A DNA stretch of 64,000 nucleotides from contig JAFRSV010000014.1 in NCBI GenBank assembly GCA_017427405.1, positions 9,490 through 73,489 on the forward strand, given 5' to 3'. The position numbers and the translations under genes were made by a program. This document shows, piece after piece, positions 62,190-64,000 of this stretch; position 1 is the stretch's first letter, and each line of letters begins with the position of its first letter. The DNA comes from Alphaproteobacteria bacterium. Its GTDB lineage: Bacteria > Pseudomonadota > Alphaproteobacteria > Rs-D84. Below the pieces are notes generated by a model. That model ran no database searches. It was not told where the DNA came from and saw only the letters and a list, made by a program, of their open reading frames with translations.

Positions 62190-63479
62190 ATGAATATTTT
62201 TCTTATAATGCTTATGTCTTTATTTATGGCGGGATACTATATGTTTTTTGCGCCAAATACACGTGTGGTTGAACAAGAAACTGATTATGCAATCGCCGTA
62301 TCTGATCTGCGTTCGATTGCTGAATGTGCGTTGGCGGTGCATAATGCAACAATTACCGGGAATACTTTCAACGACATATGTGTTGAACAAAATCAAATTA
62401 AAACAGAACACGTGTGTTTTGATTCACGTTTTTCTATTATGGATTGTTATTCTGACGGCGTAAAACGCCCAAGCCACAGTTTTATCATAACAACCACCGG
62501 CGCACTGGACACATCTGAATATAACGAAATGATGGATATTTTGGAAAAGAATTTTACAACGAACGGAACATTTGGAATATATCAAAACGATTTGATTATG
62601 ATTGCGGGGACCAGTACGAAACAAACATTACCCAAGGCGATGGTTGATAAACTTGGTCTTGAAAACGGACAACTTATATATATGACCAATTATGATATTC
62701 CGGATCCGGAACGCGTATTCACGGACCCCGGGGTGGAAGATGTAAACTGTCCCGCCGGCACGCAAAAGGTTTTTCGTTTTGGCCGGTGGCAATGCGCTAA
62801 TTATAATGTAAAGACAAGTTGTGGCGGTGACCAGGTTTGGGATGCATCGGCGATGGAATGTATCCCTGATGAATCGCGGCGACCGTTATGCGTTGGGGTT
62901 GAAACCGCGGTTATGGTTGATGGTGTTTGGGAATGTGTTGCGCCATTTGGTGAATACAAATGCCCCGGGGGGCAAATCGCACGCCTTAATTACGAAACAT
63001 TGGAATGGGAATGCACCCAAGATCCGAACAAGGCCACAAAACGCGGAAAATGTACAATGCCAACCCCCACGGTTATTAGGGGGCACAATGGTGCAACATT
63101 ACGTGTTGTCCCAAATGATTGTACGGATTGTGAAAAGGCGATAATCAATGAAGAAAATTGCACCATTACATGTGTTCCCGATTTAACTAAACTTTCATCA
63201 TCTGCGTGTTACCCGGGGCGGGTAAATGATTGTCGTGGTCCGTCCAAGGCGTTTTACTTTGGATTCCCCGATGCTGAATACGCTGATAAAGCGGGCGTCG
63301 TATCGGTTAAATCGATACCATTTGATTCCGAACATTCAAAAAATCGTCGTTTTAATTGTCTTGATTGTGGCAAGGAAACCGTAAATTCTTTACTGTCCAA
63401 GCATCCATTCGTTGCGGTTTGTGGGGGCGGATTGGGGATCATCAAAGAAAAAGAAATAAAAGATATTAAAAAAGAATAA
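62190..63479 (+). CDS. Membrane-anchored Cys-rich protein (429 aa) with four C-x2-G...W-x-C modules
   Basis: Strong RBS AAGGGGGAATT-ATG. N-terminal TM (IFLIMLMSLFMAGYYMFFAP). Modules CPAGTQKVFRFGRWQC, CGGDQVWDASAMEC, CVGVETAVMVDGVWEC and CPGGQIARLNYETLEWEC. Confidence 0.65.
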   Translation: MNIFLIMLMSLFMAGYYMFFAPNTRVVEQETDYAIAVSDLRSIAECALAVHNATITGNTFNDICVEQNQIKTEHVCFDSRFSIMDCYSDGVKRPSHSFIITTTGALDTSEYNEMMDILEKNFTTNGTFGIYQNDLIMIAGTSTKQTLPKAMVDKLGLENGQLIYMTNYDIPDPERVFTDPGVEDVNCPAGTQKVFRFGRWQCANYNVKTSCGGDQVWDASAMECIPDESRRPLCVGVETAVMVDGVWECVAPFGEYKCPGGQIARLNYETLEWECTQDPNKATKRGKCTMPTPTVIRGHNGATLRVVPNDCTDCEKAIINEENCTITCVPDLTKLSSSACYPGRVNDCRGPSKAFYFGFPDAEYADKAGVVSVKSIPFDSEHSKNRRFNCLDCGKETVNSLLSKHPFVAVCGGGLGIIKEKEIKDIKKE

Positions 63480-63833
63480 TTATATCGATTACTATTAATT
63501 TCCTAGCAAAAATATCAATGTTTTTGCTTTGGGAAACGTGTTTTTGGTCGTTTTCGATTCGATTAATACACATAACAATCTGTATTTAGGCAAATTTTAT
63601 ATATTTTTCTATATATGGGTGTTTTTATGTGCTTTTATAACTATATTTTGTGTTTTTTATAATTTTCGAATCGGTTTTGATTCGTTTTTTTATGTTTCTT
63701 TGACACAAAACAACCTTTGGTGTGCGAATCGGGCGATGACCAAATTCCTGAACCCCACGGAAAATGGGCTTTTTTAAATGTCCAGTAAAAAAATAAAAAA
63801 AATTGCATTTTATGTGTTGTATCTGAATCGAAA

Positions 63834-63882
63834 AAACTATATATTGTTGCTGAAATAACAAAAATGACACAAGATATTGTGT
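63834..63882 (+). promoter_or_regulatory. Two NrdR-box-like palindromes
   Basis: Box 2 acacaagatattgtgt (63867-63882) fits acaCwAnATnTwGtgt at every specified position. Box 1 aaactatatattgttg (63834-63849) fits the core CwAnATnTwG. Centres are 33 bp apart, just upstream of an ORF with an ATP-cone-like start. Confidence 0.45.
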
Positions 63883-63907
63883 TTTTGACAAAAATTGGAG
63901 TTTAATA

Positions 63908-64000
63908 ATGTCTGGGAACGAAAGAGAGGTTAAAATGCAAATTGCGCCAACATTTATATGTAATGTTATGAGTGTTAAGAAACGTTCTGGCGAAACGGTT
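63908..64000 (+). CDS. 5' end of a gene, possibly ribonucleotide reductase alpha subunit (ATP-cone start); 3' end off window
   Basis: Hand translation: MSGNEREVKMQIAPTFICNVMSVKKRSGETV. VKKRSGETV resembles the V-x-KRDG-x-x-E/V start of ATP-cone domains. GGAG and GAGAGG RBS candidates precede the first two Met codons. The start is ambiguous. Confidence 0.35.
   Translation, partial: MSGNEREVKMQIAPTFICNVMSVKKRSGETV

Noticed and set aside
63529-63777. 82-aa plus-strand ORF in the AT-rich spacer
   Set aside because: It has an extremely Phe/Ile/Tyr-rich composition from AT-rich DNA and no RBS. The region is better explained as the promoter/operator region containing the NrdR-like boxes.

Overview
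This 64-kb chromosomal window looks alphaproteobacterial, possibly a host-associated lineage. That guess is inference from gene order (tRNA-Trp-secE-nusG-rplKAJL-rpoBC, rpmF-plsX, fabH-ihfA, olsB-olsA, lptE-holA, DUF4164-zapA) and from protein motifs. The genetic code is standard and the sequence is moderately AT-rich by eye. The housekeeping backbone is interrupted by three accessory patches. (1) At 5.9-19.3 kb there is an isolated virB8-virB9-virB10 operon whose products carry unusual extra domains: a SPOR-like tail on VirB9, and on VirB10 a doubled length with a 14-Cys C-terminal extension. This operon is terminated separately from two small unknown genes. It is divergently transcribed from a 2451-aa secreted repeat protein that resembles a phage tail fibre. 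That protein appears Cys-free for about 2350 aa and ends in a 14-Cys cap with two tandem C-x6-C-x4/5-CC-x3/4-C-x4/6-C (knottin-type) spacings. No VirB4, VirB11, VirD4 or pilin genes occur anywhere in the window. (2) At 32.6-42.5 kb an island lies between plsX and an inverted fabH-ihfA pair. It holds a beta-barrel OMP, a two-HKD phospholipase D, and 1445-aa and 610-aa Cys-rich secreted proteins with InlB-B-repeat-like and C-x-x-G-Y modules. The 610-aa gene is bracketed by REP doublets. (3) At 56.7-59.2 kb and 62.2-63.5 kb there are unknown envelope proteins, including another Cys-rich one. The window also has two tRNAs (Trp-CCA, Arg-CCT), rpmF (missing from the ORF track), several intrinsic terminators, sigma70-like promoters and NrdR-box-like palindromes at the right edge. 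Two short intergenic repeat families are present: CACTAACCAC-type and GTCATNCC-hairpin type. I saw no rRNA, CRISPR array, transposase, integrase or reverse transcriptase. All functional calls rest on motif recognition by eye; no database search was run.
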